Assembly: GCA_946965045.2 (NCBI GenBank)
Contig: OX337231.1
Span: 496,001-560,000 of the forward strand
Source of the DNA: Epithemia pelagica
Lineage: Eukaryota > Protista > Bacillariophyta
Reading direction: 5' to 3'
DNA: 64,000 nt
The notes below the pieces were generated by a model. That model worked only from the letters and a program-made list of their open reading frames with translations, was not told the origin of the DNA and made no database searches. The number at the start of each line of letters is the position of its first letter. Position 1 is the first letter of the stretch. Position numbers and translations under genes: made by a program. Shown one piece after another: positions 1-10,449 of this stretch.

Positions 1-200
1 ACTTGTCCCAAAATAATGCCCAATCCCATCATAGCCGTCAATCCCAAGGAGGCAGCATTGCGTTCTTCCACGGCAAACAAATAACCCAAAAAGGAAAAGG
101 CGACGGGCACACTGCCGACCATGACGCCGTCATTGACCAGACGGCCCACAATAAATTGCGGATAATTGTGCACTTGGACCGTGGCACAGGCCGCCAGGGC
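1..200 (-). pseudogene. MFS transporter (Spinster-like) fragment running off the left edge
   Basis: A minus frame absent from the ORF track reads ...HNYPQFIVGRLVNDGVMVGSVPVAFSFLGYLFAVEERNAASLGLTAMMGLGIILGQV, resembling MFS TM4-TM5. The similarity is not recognisable upstream, so it may be partial or degenerate. Confidence 0.5.
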
Positions 201-1068
201 AATTGGGAGCCATGACATTGCTCGGACTCCAAATGGCACAAAAGGCCAAGCCCAACAACAAGGCTTGAGCGTGAATGGTTTGGAAAGGTTGTTTCTGGAT
301 GAAGATATGGGCACAACAAGTTTGGCCACTCAGTGGTCCACTCAGTGGATGAGAAGACACGACGGGGGGTACACCGATAGAAGTATGAGCCGGTGTGGGA
401 CGACAAATGGGACCTTCATGCCTTGACGGTTGGAATGTTGCGGGGAGGTTGTCTGGGAGTCTAGTTAGGGCTGAGTTCCGGTGGCCCTGGCGGCGGGGAA
501 ACGTATTGGAAGGGTGCATGATGATGAAGGGGACGGGCGAGAACTGGAAGACAATGGAAAGGTGGCTTCGGGATGAAGATATGGGCACGACAAGTTCGGC
601 ACCGTGGTGGATGCGTTGTGGATGGTGTGTTGTTATGTCAAAGTGGGTAAAATCGCCGATTTCAGAGGTCGCGCCTTGGGGGTGAGTAAGGGAATGCATG
701 GAACATGAGCGACCAACTCGCCCCCGCTGGGGGGTATGGGTTTGTGACAGACGAGTTGTCCAAAAATTTTTGACCATTCGTCTCAAACAAGAAACCACTG
801 GACGCAAGCCGACCTTGATGCAACGGACGGTGATGGCAATTAGAGATACTTAGAGCTTCCTGGAGCAGTGGCGGGCGACATTGAAAAAAGGATAGGGTTG
901 GGGATTTGTCTGGCCGCCTCACCTATTTGGAGGGGATTTAATGGCGAATGCGGCAGGACTTGCGACCACGCAAAAATCTGAAATCGAGGTTCGAGTTTTG
1001 AGGTGGGGCTTTGTCCCTACCTCGAAACAACGATCTGGACGTTCATGTCCACGTAAAAACATGAACCA

Positions 1069-1780
1069 ATGTCTTTTTTAGTTTCTAGATTCGAGGTTCA
1101 CCATCATGAACGTACAAGCCTCCCCCACCAGTTTCATTCCACACAATCCACCCTGCTTCCAACCATGACAATGGATAGAACTCCTTGGAAGAACACAACC
1201 AAGAGCCCATACGAGACAGCACTCATATGTATGTGTGTTGTGGACTCTCTTGGGCTACTTGATTTTGATCAGACCACATTAACAGCTGAAGAGAAGCGAA
1301 AGAAAATACCAAGAGTCCGAAGTAGAGTTGAAGATATTATGTACGAACTTGGTCCCTCTGCGTGTCGGCGATATTACCGCATGAATGAAGATTCCTTTTG
1401 GTCCCTACACCAAATTCTCACACCATTCATTGATGAAGTGACAGCCAAACGTCTTGCAGTTAAAAGAAGCAGAGAGAAGAGCGGAAAAGACGACAACGCC
1501 GAGCAAAATATCGGAGGAAGAGGAACCGTGGAAGCAGGATTCTGCCCCCCAATGGGACAGTACCATCAGCAACACGGCTCAGTGTGGCTCTGCGATATTT
1601 TGCTGGTGCTGACCCATTGGACCTGATGCTAGTTCACGGCATCAGCCATGTCCAGGTTTTTATCAGTGTCTGGACCATTGTGGATGCCGTTCACCTCTGT
1701 CCCCACAATCATTTTGTCTTTCCCCAGGATCATGATGAGCAGAGAAAATTGGCAGAAGAGTTCATGAGCCTTCAGCCCCA
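1069..1780 (+). pseudogene. PIF/Harbinger-type transposase, N-terminal part, frameshifted and truncated
   Basis: ORF 1069-1626 (RRYYRMNEDSFWSLHQIL) continues in another frame as PNGTVPSATRLSVALRYFAGADPLDLMLVHGISH...VWTIVDAVH...FPQDHDEQRKLAEEF, typical of the Harbinger HTH region. No DDE core follows. Confidence 0.65.
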
Positions 1781-1964
1781 TACACATGGCAAGGAGTACT
1801 TTGTTCCTCAGCTCAGGTTGGGTCTCTTTCAGATTCTTGCGAGCATCACACTCCCTCTCGGCTTCATTGCACACAGAGTCAGAGTCTCCTTGATTGTCTT
1901 GTTGTTGACGCTGATGAAGTTCTGGTGTGTTGAGCATCAGGTCAGAAGGAGATGATGCAGAACC

Positions 1965-2258
1965 TGTTGAACGATGCAAGGATGCCGTCAGCTTCGTCGC
2001 TATCGTCGTAGATGTAAAACGTAATTTTACTTTACTTTCTTGATTATCTCCAAAGAATGAGCACTCGTCTTTTTCGCCTCGCTCGTCTTTGGTTTCCCAT
2101 ATTTTACCACGTCAGCGAATGTAACGCGCTTACCTTCTCGCTCGCGTAATTGTTCGTGACTGCTTCGATAAGTAGTTCTCGTCATTGTCTCAATTTGGAC
2201 GCCGGGTGGCTCTGAGGACTCGTGGATCATTTTTTCGTCTTCGTCATTATTTCCAACA
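1965..2258 (-). repeat. 3' LTR of Copia element 1
   Basis: Direct repeat of 7986-8279 (appears identical by eye), with TGTTG...CAACA ends. Confidence 0.95.
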
Positions 2259-5200
2259 CGCTCCTCATGAGTCGAGGAGTCGCACGGGGAGCCTTGCAGG
2301 GAATCGATGGGCTTGTGTCCGAGTGATACGTCTCTGAACTTGACGAAAAGACTCCCTTGTAGTGGTTTTGTATAAAAATCTGCTAACATTTCTTCCGTTG
2401 GGCAGTAATGGATGTCGATATTTTCTTGCTTGATTCGGTCTTTTATGAAAAAATATCTGATATCCACATGGCGCGACTGCTTCCCCGCTGAAGCTCTTCC
2501 GTTTTTCTCTAGTTTGATAGCGCTCTGGTTGTCCTGGGCGAATTTCGTGCTTGCTATTTCGTATCCTTGGGCCTCGAGGAATCGTTTGGCCCATATCGTG
2601 TTTGGGAGGTAGTCACTTGCACCCACAACCTCGGCCTCAGTCGAGCTCTTGGTGTTGAGCTTCTGCTTTCTTGATTTTGCGATGATGGCACCTCGCCCAA
2701 GGGACATTACACCGCCTGTGTGGCTGCGCATGTCGTCATGTACGGCGAATGATGCGTCGACCCATGTCTTGAGATGGGGTACATCGTCTGCTCCAACAAT
2801 GTATTCCAATTCTTTGGTAGCATACAGATATTGGAGCACTCGTTTCAGTTTGGCCCAATCGTCGATGGTGCATTTGGCGACTCGGGTGCACAGGAACGCG
2901 ATGGCCGTTTGGATGTCTATACGGGCACGTTGTGACAGATAGAGTAATTTTGCCACGATACTGTGAAATTTGTCCTTCTTTTCTTTGCTGAGTATCGGTG
3001 AATTCTTCTTGATTGTGAAAAGTCCTTTCCTCGCAGGCGTTGATGCTCCTTGTGTGACATTCTCGCCGAACATGTCGATTGCTTCGTCGATGTATTGTGG
3101 CATGATAATGCTGACCGTGCCGTTGTCGTTGATTGTAATCTTCATTCCCAAATAGGTGTGTTCTTTTCCTCTACACACCGACATCTTCCCGAATTTTGCT
3201 TCGATTGCTGCCACGACATCTTCGATTACCTTCTCTTCCACGTGCGATGCTTTTAGATCGTCCACGTACCAGGTTACAGTGCATTGACGTCCGTTGATCA
3301 TTTTGTTGGCCACGCATGGGTCGTACGGGTTTAGTTCGAAACCCATCTCTTTCAGTGTTGTGGAGAACAACTCGTACCACAGTAGTGCAGATTGAACGCA
3401 TCCATACAGTGCTTTGTTGAGTCGTACGTAGAGTACCTTGGTCTTTCCTTCCATAACGACGAACTTTTTGTATTTCTCGTCGATCTGGCAGAAAATGTCC
3501 ACTACATCACCGGTGAGCTTCATTAACACGTAATTGCGCATAAAAGCATTAAGGTATGCCCCAGCGATGTCAGCGGTGATGACTTTCCGTCGTTCAATCG
3601 CGTCGATGATCAGTGACATGATCAGGGTGTCTGTTGACAGGGCTGGCGAAGCAGTCTCACTTTTATCGTAGTGTGGTCGCTGGGACCGTCCGTCCGCGCA
3701 GGATCGTCCCTTGATCTTGCCACAGCGTTTCTCTTTGATCACGTTGACTGATCTGAGGGCTGCTTTCTTCTGTTGTGCCGTAAGCTTTGATGCGTCCTGG
3801 GGATCGAATGTATCTTGATTATCTAATTGTGTGAATTCCTTGAGAAGTGCGTCTATGGCTTTTTGACCATGTTTCTTGATGCCTGCTTGGGCAGACATTT
3901 GGGTGAATATGAAGTGGGCTACCAAAGAATGGATCGGTTTCCGTTCGTTCACGTTGGTTGTTGCGTGACGGATCGCACGTTGGAGAAACTGCATATGCAT
4001 GTATGATGTGCTACCGTCCGCGGTGTCCATTTGGTGGTCAAGTCTGTGGCTGTAGGAGCGTGTCCGGTCGCTCCTCAAATTGTACTCGTGTTGGGGCATG
4101 TCGTCCTCGGACATGGCGGTTGCTTCACCATCGCCGTCTTCATCACTATGCTCGTCATAATCGTTCGCTCCTTCATCTTCATCCTGATACTCTTGTGTAT
4201 GATGCGCTCCTTCATCTTCGTCGGGTCCATTCGCTCCTTCATCTTCATCCATTTCACTGTGCGCTCCTTCTTCCTCTTCAATTTCCCCGTGATCATCGTC
4301 GTCGTCATTATCGTCGTCGTTGTCTTCATCGTCTGTTGTTGAAACCATTGGTGGCTCGTTGTCATCATCTTCATCTGATGCCGGTGGTTCGTCACTGCTT
4401 GACTCGACATCGTTTTCGTTGGGATCAGAGTCGTCGCTGTTTCCGTCGTTGCTTTCTTCTTTCGCTTCTTCCGATTCTTCGTCCGATTCGTCGTTATTCA
4501 AAAAGTCATCGTTGTCGTTGGGTGCCTCATTGTTGTCGTCAATGATGGGGATGTTCGGGGCCCATTCGAAAACCAGCTCACCATCAATGAGTGGTTGGTC
4601 TTGCTGTTCAGCCAATTCTTCGACACGGTGGATTACCGCTTGTGTAATGGGGAGCTCTGTCCACTGTTGGCGTGTGACGCGAGCACCCGTGTCTAAGGAT
4701 AGGAAGTAGTAACTCCCTTGAGTGTTGCCAGTTGGGTTGAGTGCAATGGCGCCAATGGTTCGCGGGGCGGTCGTGTTCGTTCTTCGTCTTTCTTCAAATA
4801 TTTGGGCATAATGGCCGAATTCGATGCGCATGTTGTTGAAATCCGGGTCAGGTAGGCCCGTCACTATTTTCCGTGGGCTCATGGTGGTGGACACGCCCTT
4901 TCTGCTTGGTAGTTGGATGAGGGTGCGGACGGCATGCGCCACGATTTCTCGCACTAATAGGGACGGGTAGCGTCGATACGGTAGGCCATGAACTAGGGCT
5001 CGGACCCTCTCCTTGATGGTCCTGATGGATCGCTCAACTTGTCCGACATGGTCGTCAGCGGCAACGATGTTTGATAGGACGGGGAGAATTCTCTGTTGGA
5101 TTGGTGCAAATTCGTTATCTGCGTGGAGATCCGTGACTTCGAAACCTCTGGCATGATACATGTTGATGACGTCCTTAATCTCCTTCTCGAGAGTTGCTTT

Positions 5201-7267
5201 GCGTCGATTGGGGATTGCTGCAACGGTGCGGAAATGGAGGTGCTTGGAAATAGTGTGACAGAAAATGTGACCTTGGACGTAGAAATTGTCCGCGCATATC
5301 GTCACGCGTCGGTGTTCGTTCTTGATTTTGGTAGGGATATCCGTTGGGACTACTTGTGGTGCAGCGGGTGTCGGTCGCTTTACGGTTTTGCCTTTGATGG
5401 TGGCGGGGTCTGGACCGTAAATTTTTAGGGCGCGTTTGGCATCTTCGGGGGTGACGGGACAGTTTTGGACGACATTGTTTGCCAGTGCGTCGAGGAAATC
5501 GCGTTGGGAGGGTCGACCGAGTTGCCTGTAAAGAGTGCGGGCACGATCCGCTCCTTCGACCTCACGGGGGGAGTACCCAGTCGCACTATTGAGAAAAAGG
5601 TAAGGGGCAGAAGGGGAATTAATAGAGTTAGTGGGATCGTTCACATCAAAATAATAGAGACCCATGGGGCTCTCTTTGAAAAGCATTACCGAACCATCCT
5701 TCCGGTGCACAGCAATGGCGGAGGCACCAGCAGTGTCCATGGTGACACGGCACCGCTGACGGACAGCAGCAAGGGATAGGATGTTGGCCAGAGATTGTGG
5801 GTTGAACCATACTTTGCCAAAATTGGGGATCTCCCCAACAAGACGAGAGATTTGGGAACCACCATTGGTGTAGACCGTGAGGGGGGAAGCGGCAGGGCGG
5901 ATGTTTTGGAGCAGGGTGGCATTTCGGAAAACGGACACTGTGGACTGGCTGTCCAACAAAACCCAAGAATCGGGTATGGCAACATGGCGTGATTGCGAGA
6001 AACAACAATCAAAATGCAGAAAGGTGAAGTTGTGGACGGGACCATGGCTTTGGAGCATGGTAACCCCAGTGGCTGCTTCGTTGTTATCGGCCCGATGCGG
6101 ACACTGGCTTGCATAATGACCAGGACCCTGGCAATGGAAGCAGATGATGGCTTCATGCAGAATTCCGTCGAGGCCAGGAACGGGAGCGGTTGTTGTTTGA
6201 GCAAACTGGAGCCCATTACTGGTTGAAGATTGTCCTCGTTGCTGATTTTGCGGTTGGCGGGGTCCGCGATAACTCACCAACATACCATATGCCGCCGTGA
6301 CGTCGACGGGGTACTGATCCGTCCCACGGGTGAATTGGTTCTCCAATTCGATGAGAAGATTTCCAAAACGTTTCTTATCCGCTCCCTTCAGGAACTGGAT
6401 AGCCAGGGCACGATCACGACTCATGCGTTTCTTCGTTTCGGAGGTTGTAATGACGTCGGGATCCAAATATTTGACAATGGGATCCTGTGATCCTTTGTCT
6501 ACTCCAACTGAGCCTCCATAATGTTCAAGGACATCGATGTTTTCCTTGAATTGATGCAGGTAATCCGAGAGAGGTTCATCGGGTTGCTGTCGGTGGAGGT
6601 AAAAATTGGTGTACGCGTCGTTCAGGGACGCATACCCATATCGTTTTTCTTCAAATTTGTGTCTGATCCCTTTGATTTGGGTCAGCAACCAAGCACAATC
6701 GCAAGCTAGTCGGGAGGTGTCATACTTTTCTAATCCTTGTAGTTTGGCCTTCATAGCCTCGCTGCACTGCCCCCAAATTATGGCATAGGCTGCTTGCAAA
6801 TTACTTTTGAGTATTTCGCATCGAGTAACATAGGCGGCGACTTGTTTCTCGAAGATTGCAATCTTCAAACGACTCGTCTCTTCGTCTGGGAGATCGGCTG
6901 GCTCTTGAACGGACGGATTCTTCAAATCTCGGGTGAGGACCACCATGTCGCCTGCATGCTTGAACGTCTTCGCGAAGTGCTCCTCTAATGCTTCCAGTGT
7001 TCGGGTGAACTGTCGCTTGTCATTGCATTCATGGAAAACTTGAAACACGTGGCCGTTCATGCCTTCCGTGTTGCCCTTGAATGCATTACTGCTCGTGTGG
7101 CCTCCTCTGCCTCCACGACCTCCGCGTCCACCACGTCCTCTTCCTCGTCCACGGCCTCTTCCTCCTCGGCCTGGACCACCACCAGTACCACGTCCTTCAG
7201 GCGTGGTACCTGGCGAACTGGGGGCGCCGTCCTGGCTGGACGGGTTGGACGCGCTCGAACTGCTCAT
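2027..7267 (-). CDS. Copia gag-pol polyprotein, uninterrupted and ending inside the 3' LTR
   Basis: Zn knuckle CFHCQGPGHYASQC, protease LLDSQST, integrase ICADNF/LHADNEF/VERSIR, acidic linker, RT ADIAGAYL/WYVDDL, RNase H WVDASF/TEAEV/QDNQS/LADFYTK. The likely ATG is 7267 (MSSSSASN), matching the element 2 start. Confidence 0.93.
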   Translation of the reverse strand: MSSSSASNPSSQDGAPSSPGTTPEGRGTGGGPGRGGRGRGRGRGRGGRGGRGGRGGHTSSNAFKGNTEGMNGHVFQVFHECNDKRQFTRTLEALEEHFAKTFKHAGDMVVLTRDLKNPSVQEPADLPDEETSRLKIAIFEKQVAAYVTRCEILKSNLQAAYAIIWGQCSEAMKAKLQGLEKYDTSRLACDCAWLLTQIKGIRHKFEEKRYGYASLNDAYTNFYLHRQQPDEPLSDYLHQFKENIDVLEHYGGSVGVDKGSQDPIVKYLDPDVITTSETKKRMSRDRALAIQFLKGADKKRFGNLLIELENQFTRGTDQYPVDVTAAYGMLVSYRGPRQPQNQQRGQSSTSNGLQFAQTTTAPVPGLDGILHEAIICFHCQGPGHYASQCPHRADNNEAATGVTMLQSHGPVHNFTFLHFDCCFSQSRHVAIPDSWVLLDSQSTVSVFRNATLLQNIRPAASPLTVYTNGGSQISRLVGEIPNFGKVWFNPQSLANILSLAAVRQRCRVTMDTAGASAIAVHRKDGSVMLFKESPMGLYYFDVNDPTNSINSPSAPYLFLNSATGYSPREVEGADRARTLYRQLGRPSQRDFLDALANNVVQNCPVTPEDAKRALKIYGPDPATIKGKTVKRPTPAAPQVVPTDIPTKIKNEHRRVTICADNFYVQGHIFCHTISKHLHFRTVAAIPNRRKATLEKEIKDVINMYHARGFEVTDLHADNEFAPIQQRILPVLSNIVAADDHVGQVERSIRTIKERVRALVHGLPYRRYPSLLVREIVAHAVRTLIQLPSRKGVSTTMSPRKIVTGLPDPDFNNMRIEFGHYAQIFEERRRTNTTAPRTIGAIALNPTGNTQGSYYFLSLDTGARVTRQQWTELPITQAVIHRVEELAEQQDQPLIDGELVFEWAPNIPIIDDNNEAPNDNDDFLNNDESDEESEEAKEESNDGNSDDSDPNENDVESSSDEPPASDEDDDNEPPMVSTTDDEDNDDDNDDDDDHGEIEEEEGAHSEMDEDEGANGPDEDEGAHHTQEYQDEDEGANDYDEHSDEDGDGEATAMSEDDMPQHEYNLRSDRTRSYSHRLDHQMDTADGSTSYMHMQFLQRAIRHATTNVNERKPIHSLVAHFIFTQMSAQAGIKKHGQKAIDALLKEFTQLDNQDTFDPQDASKLTAQQKKAALRSVNVIKEKRCGKIKGRSCADGRSQRPHYDKSETASPALSTDTLIMSLIIDAIERRKVITADIAGAYLNAFMRNYVLMKLTGDVVDIFCQIDEKYKKFVVMEGKTKVLYVRLNKALYGCVQSALLWYELFSTTLKEMGFELNPYDPCVANKMINGRQCTVTWYVDDLKASHVEEKVIEDVVAAIEAKFGKMSVCRGKEHTYLGMKITINDNGTVSIIMPQYIDEAIDMFGENVTQGASTPARKGLFTIKKNSPILSKEKKDKFHSIVAKLLYLSQRARIDIQTAIAFLCTRVAKCTIDDWAKLKRVLQYLYATKELEYIVGADDVPHLKTWVDASFAVHDDMRSHTGGVMSLGRGAIIAKSRKQKLNTKSSTEAEVVGASDYLPNTIWAKRFLEAQGYEIASTKFAQDNQSAIKLEKNGRASAGKQSRHVDIRYFFIKDRIKQENIDIHYCPTEEMLADFYTKPLQGSLFVKFRDVSLGHKPIDSLQGSPCDSSTHEERVGNNDEDEKMIHESSEPPGVQIETMTRTTYRSSHEQLREREGKRVTFADVVKYGKPKTSEAKKTSAHSLEIIKKVK
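2259..2266 (-). promoter_or_regulatory. Polypurine tract-like motif of element 1
   Basis: GAGGAGCG abuts the 3' LTR; the same motif abuts the element 2 3' LTR at 30534-30541. Confidence 0.7.
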
Positions 7268-7922
7268 CCTTCTCTGCGGAGAGATATCGGATGTTGTTCT
7301 TACCTCGTCGAACGTCCTGACCACTATCAGTGTGGACGATTACTTGATATGCGGTGACTCGGGCAACAACACCCGTGCCGTCACGAATGGTTGGTGCTTC
7401 TCCGACGTGGAGCGAAGCGGGATTGACAATTCGAACTATGTCTCCCACTTGGAAAGCCCTCCTTTTCTTGTGGATGATGTACCGCTTTCCTGAAACCGCT
7501 GAGGTCCACAAGGTGCAGCCACTTTTCAATGCCGAAAGTTCCGCTGTTGTATATGTGATTTCGTTCTCCGAATAAAGAGTGGTATCGCCGTCCGACTCTT
7601 GTCCTCGAGATTGTTGGTGACGAATGACTCCAACGACTTCCACGCTTGAACTGGCCACACTGGATGCAGTGGGCGATGATCGTTGATGCTTGTTTCTTCT
7701 CTGCGCGGCCGCCGGCTTCTTTTCCGACTGGCTGCCTTCTTCACTGTCGCCTGTCTCGTACCCTCCGGGCTGGGACTTTGCCCCAGTGGCAACCTGTGTC
7801 GCTTCAACGATGGGAACTTCCCGGATGCTCTTGATTCGGGCAAGCACTTCTCTCTGTCGAGTTGTGAGTTCTTCGAGTTCTTGGATAAGTTCGTCGATCT
7901 CTTGTTTGTTTGGGCTGGACAT
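7197..7922 (-). CDS. Extra ORF upstream of gag (ORF0, 241 aa), unknown function
   Basis: Clear homolog in element 2 (35493-36167). N-terminal coiled-coil-like segment QEIDELIQELEEL and C-terminal FQVGDIVRIVNP...GTGVVARV...VIVHTDSG. Confidence 0.8.
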   Translation of the reverse strand: MSSPNKQEIDELIQELEELTTRQREVLARIKSIREVPIVEATQVATGAKSQPGGYETGDSEEGSQSEKKPAAAQRRNKHQRSSPTASSVASSSVEVVGVIRHQQSRGQESDGDTTLYSENEITYTTAELSALKSGCTLWTSAVSGKRYIIHKKRRAFQVGDIVRIVNPASLHVGEAPTIRDGTGVVARVTAYQVIVHTDSGQDVRRGKNNIRYLSAEKDEQFERVQPVQPGRRPQFARYHA

Positions 7923-7971
7923 GAAAATTGCGTTGATGCGCTTGAAAGGACGGTTTGTAGGATTTCGTGTT

Positions 7972-7985
7972 TTCTTTGGAGATAA
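7972..7985 (-). promoter_or_regulatory. Non-tRNA primer-binding site complementary to the element's own LTR
   Basis: Sense TTATCTCCAAAGAA directly after the 5' LTR is the exact reverse complement of the sense LTR segment 8078-8065. It does not begin with TGG. Confidence 0.75.
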
Positions 7986-8279
7986 TGTTGAACGATGCAA
8001 GGATGCCGTCAGCTTCGTCGCTATCGTCGTAGATGTAAAACGTAATTTTACTTTACTTTCTTGATTATCTCCAAAGAATGAGCACTCGTCTTTTTCGCCT
8101 CGCTCGTCTTTGGTTTCCCATATTTTACCACGTCAGCGAATGTAACGCGCTTACCTTCTCGCTCGCGTAATTGTTCGTGACTGCTTCGATAAGTAGTTCT
8201 CGTCATTGTCTCAATTTGGACGCCGGGTGGCTCTGAGGACTCGTGGATCATTTTTTCGTCTTCGTCATTATTTCCAACA
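7986..8279 (-). repeat. 5' LTR of Copia element 1
   Basis: Direct repeat of 1965-2258. Confidence 0.95.
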
Positions 8280-9448
8280 GAACCCAATATCGCTTGGGTT
8301 GTGCCTGGCTCGTGTGGTCTGCTATGTCTTGGGGTCTCTTCTCTGGATTCCTCTCCTCTCTCTAGAGAAAAGAGAGAATGCTCCAGGTCACTCATTACTT
8401 ATATTGGAGACAACGATATTTCCTCAATTGCTTGCTGCTTTCCGGAGGAGGCTTTTTGTGCTGTTTGTGTACGGAGGGACGGAACTGCGGGGCTCTGGCA
8501 AAGAACCTCGAAACTCGAAACTCGATTCTAAGAAGTCGTTTGGGGGATTGCGAAGAGACACTACGACAAAATCCTTGGCACGTGCCGTTTCGGTCTGTCC
8601 GAGAGATCGCAGTTAGTCTGTCACCAAAAACTTCGTCCGTTGAGATTTGGAAACAAATCCCACAGGGTGGGGGGACGGCTATGTTCAGTATTTAACATTA
8701 CTGTACAGCTCCCCACCTGTATCACCAACGTAGAACGCTCCCAAAAAAACTCGCACGAAACGGTAATTAAAGCTCTGTCACTCAGGATCTCCAGTAGTGT
8801 ACAAAGGAACACACCGCCCATTGGAAATTGGAACAGTTAATTAGGCACACCAGAGACCAGAGATGCACAATCACCGACGGCGAGCATCTGATACTCGCAG
8901 ACGAGCATCAGTTTATGAAATTTGGAGTGGAAATCTTCATTTTTGGGTCTCAATCTTTGGGAAGGTGTAACTTCTTAGAGGTATGTCCGATTTGGATGAT
9001 TGTTTTTTCTGTTGCAAGGTCGTAACATCATCTGTATACCAATACCCTGGACCGTTCTTGTCGCAGTCAACAACAAAAGCGTCGTTGAGTCAAAGTTGGA
9101 GTGTGGCTGATCTCTTTATTTTGGGTCTCAATCGTTGGGAAGGCGTAACCGCAGTACTCATCAATCAAAGACTGCTGGTGTTGCTGATTAAATAGTATTG
9201 ATGATGAATAATGTTCATGCAAAGGTTTCTAAGGGTGGCCGATCGGACCCAGCACATCTTCTGGATGTGTGCCATTCTCATGGCAAGGGTCACACCGCCC
9301 TGTCCTTGAATAGTTCATCTACTCACAGGAGAGGACTTGCGCATGCAACATGTTCGAAGACAATGGCAATGAGAATCCAATGCAATATCGCAAAGCAGTG
9401 CCATTGTCATTGATGAAGCTACGGATATTGATCTTGTTGCGGGTGTAA

Positions 9449-10228
9449 TTGCAGTCGGGCACGGTGGATCCAGTTTCAGTGGCAAGTCTTGTTCGGTCTA
9501 TTGGAACAAGTGATTCTATTGTAACAAATGTACTGCACACATACAAAGCAGGAAAGAACTCATCCAAGCAAACCCAAATATCTGCTGTGGTGTTACAGGG
9601 CTGCTCCAAAGCCTGGTCAAGGAAGCAACAATGGAGACGAAACAGGAAGAAGAGGAAGCAGAAAAGGCTACATCCTCAGGTATCTCCATCTTCATCAACC
9701 TCTTTGGTTGCTGAATGCCACATCCGAGGTAAATGTCTGGTTTTCATGGATGACAGGCTGGACAGGTCATTTGCTACGAAAGAGAAAAGTGCTGTTGTTC
9801 CCACGATCATGTCATTGGGGCGATTTAAGGCAACAGACGTTGGTATTGATGGCGCAATCTTCCGTCCAGATCCTAACGAGCTTCCAGTGTTTTTGAAGCC
9901 TCTGTACAACAAGAGCAGGACAACACCCAAGTTTGCAAACAAAGTCATTCAAGTACTGGAGAAATTGGAGGGGTCGAACAAATTCCAAAGAGAATCTCAT
10001 TCATCGCCGTACGTAACAGTTGGTCTGACCACAAATCGTGGAGGGACTGGCATTGTTCCTTCAAAGCTTCACATGTTGGAGAAAACAGAACTGGAGACCA
10101 TTGTAAGGTTTGTGAAACAAATTGAAGCGGTTGTTTCATTATCCAAGAATGATCATCGTCTCCTACGCGTTTACCGCCACCAGGGAAGCTCATGGTATTG
10201 GAGTGCCGATTGTGAATTTTTGGGTTAA
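9449..10228 (+). other. Hypothetical ORF fragment in degenerate, probably TE-associated DNA
   Basis: 259-codon open frame with a basic NLS-like stretch (RRNRKKRKQKR); no family recognised. Confidence 0.3.
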
Positions 10229-10449
10229 AAGCAAATGAATCCTACTTCTCTCGTGATTCTGACACTACGTGTACTGCAAGGAATTAAAGATTTGAAACGA
10301 TTGGTTAATGAATCCCCTTGTAGCGTATGGCAGTCAGATGGAAATAGAGTACCTCTTAAGGTAGATATCGACATAGCTAGATAAACTATACATTTTTTCA
10401 AAATCAACCTCTTTCTTGTCCATGGAACATTCTTCCTGGATCAATGGTG

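Larger units (their letters stand above)
1965..8279 (-). mobile_element. Full-length Ty1/Copia (CoDi-like) LTR retrotransposon, element 1
   Basis: 294-bp LTRs TG...CA at 1965-2258 and 7986-8279; 5-bp TSD GAACC (1960-1964, 8280-8284); intact polyprotein in Copia order gag-PR-IN-RT-RH. Confidence 0.97.
982..8527. mobile_element. Internally deleted Harbinger-like remnant (~1.3 kb without the nested Copia)
   Basis: A 23-nt inverted repeat (21/23 identical) at 982-1004 and 8505-8527 brackets the transposase stub (+) and a convergent minus ORF interrupted by the Copia. True termini and TSD were not found. Confidence 0.4.

Noticed and set aside
3958-4709. Overlapping plus-strand ORFs opposite the Copia acidic linkers (also 32132-32942)
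   Set aside because: Shadow ORFs of low-complexity GAN/GAY codons.
8048-8279. Separate small gene repeating the pol C-terminus
   Set aside because: It is simply the 5' LTR copy of the frame that ends pol in the 3' LTR.
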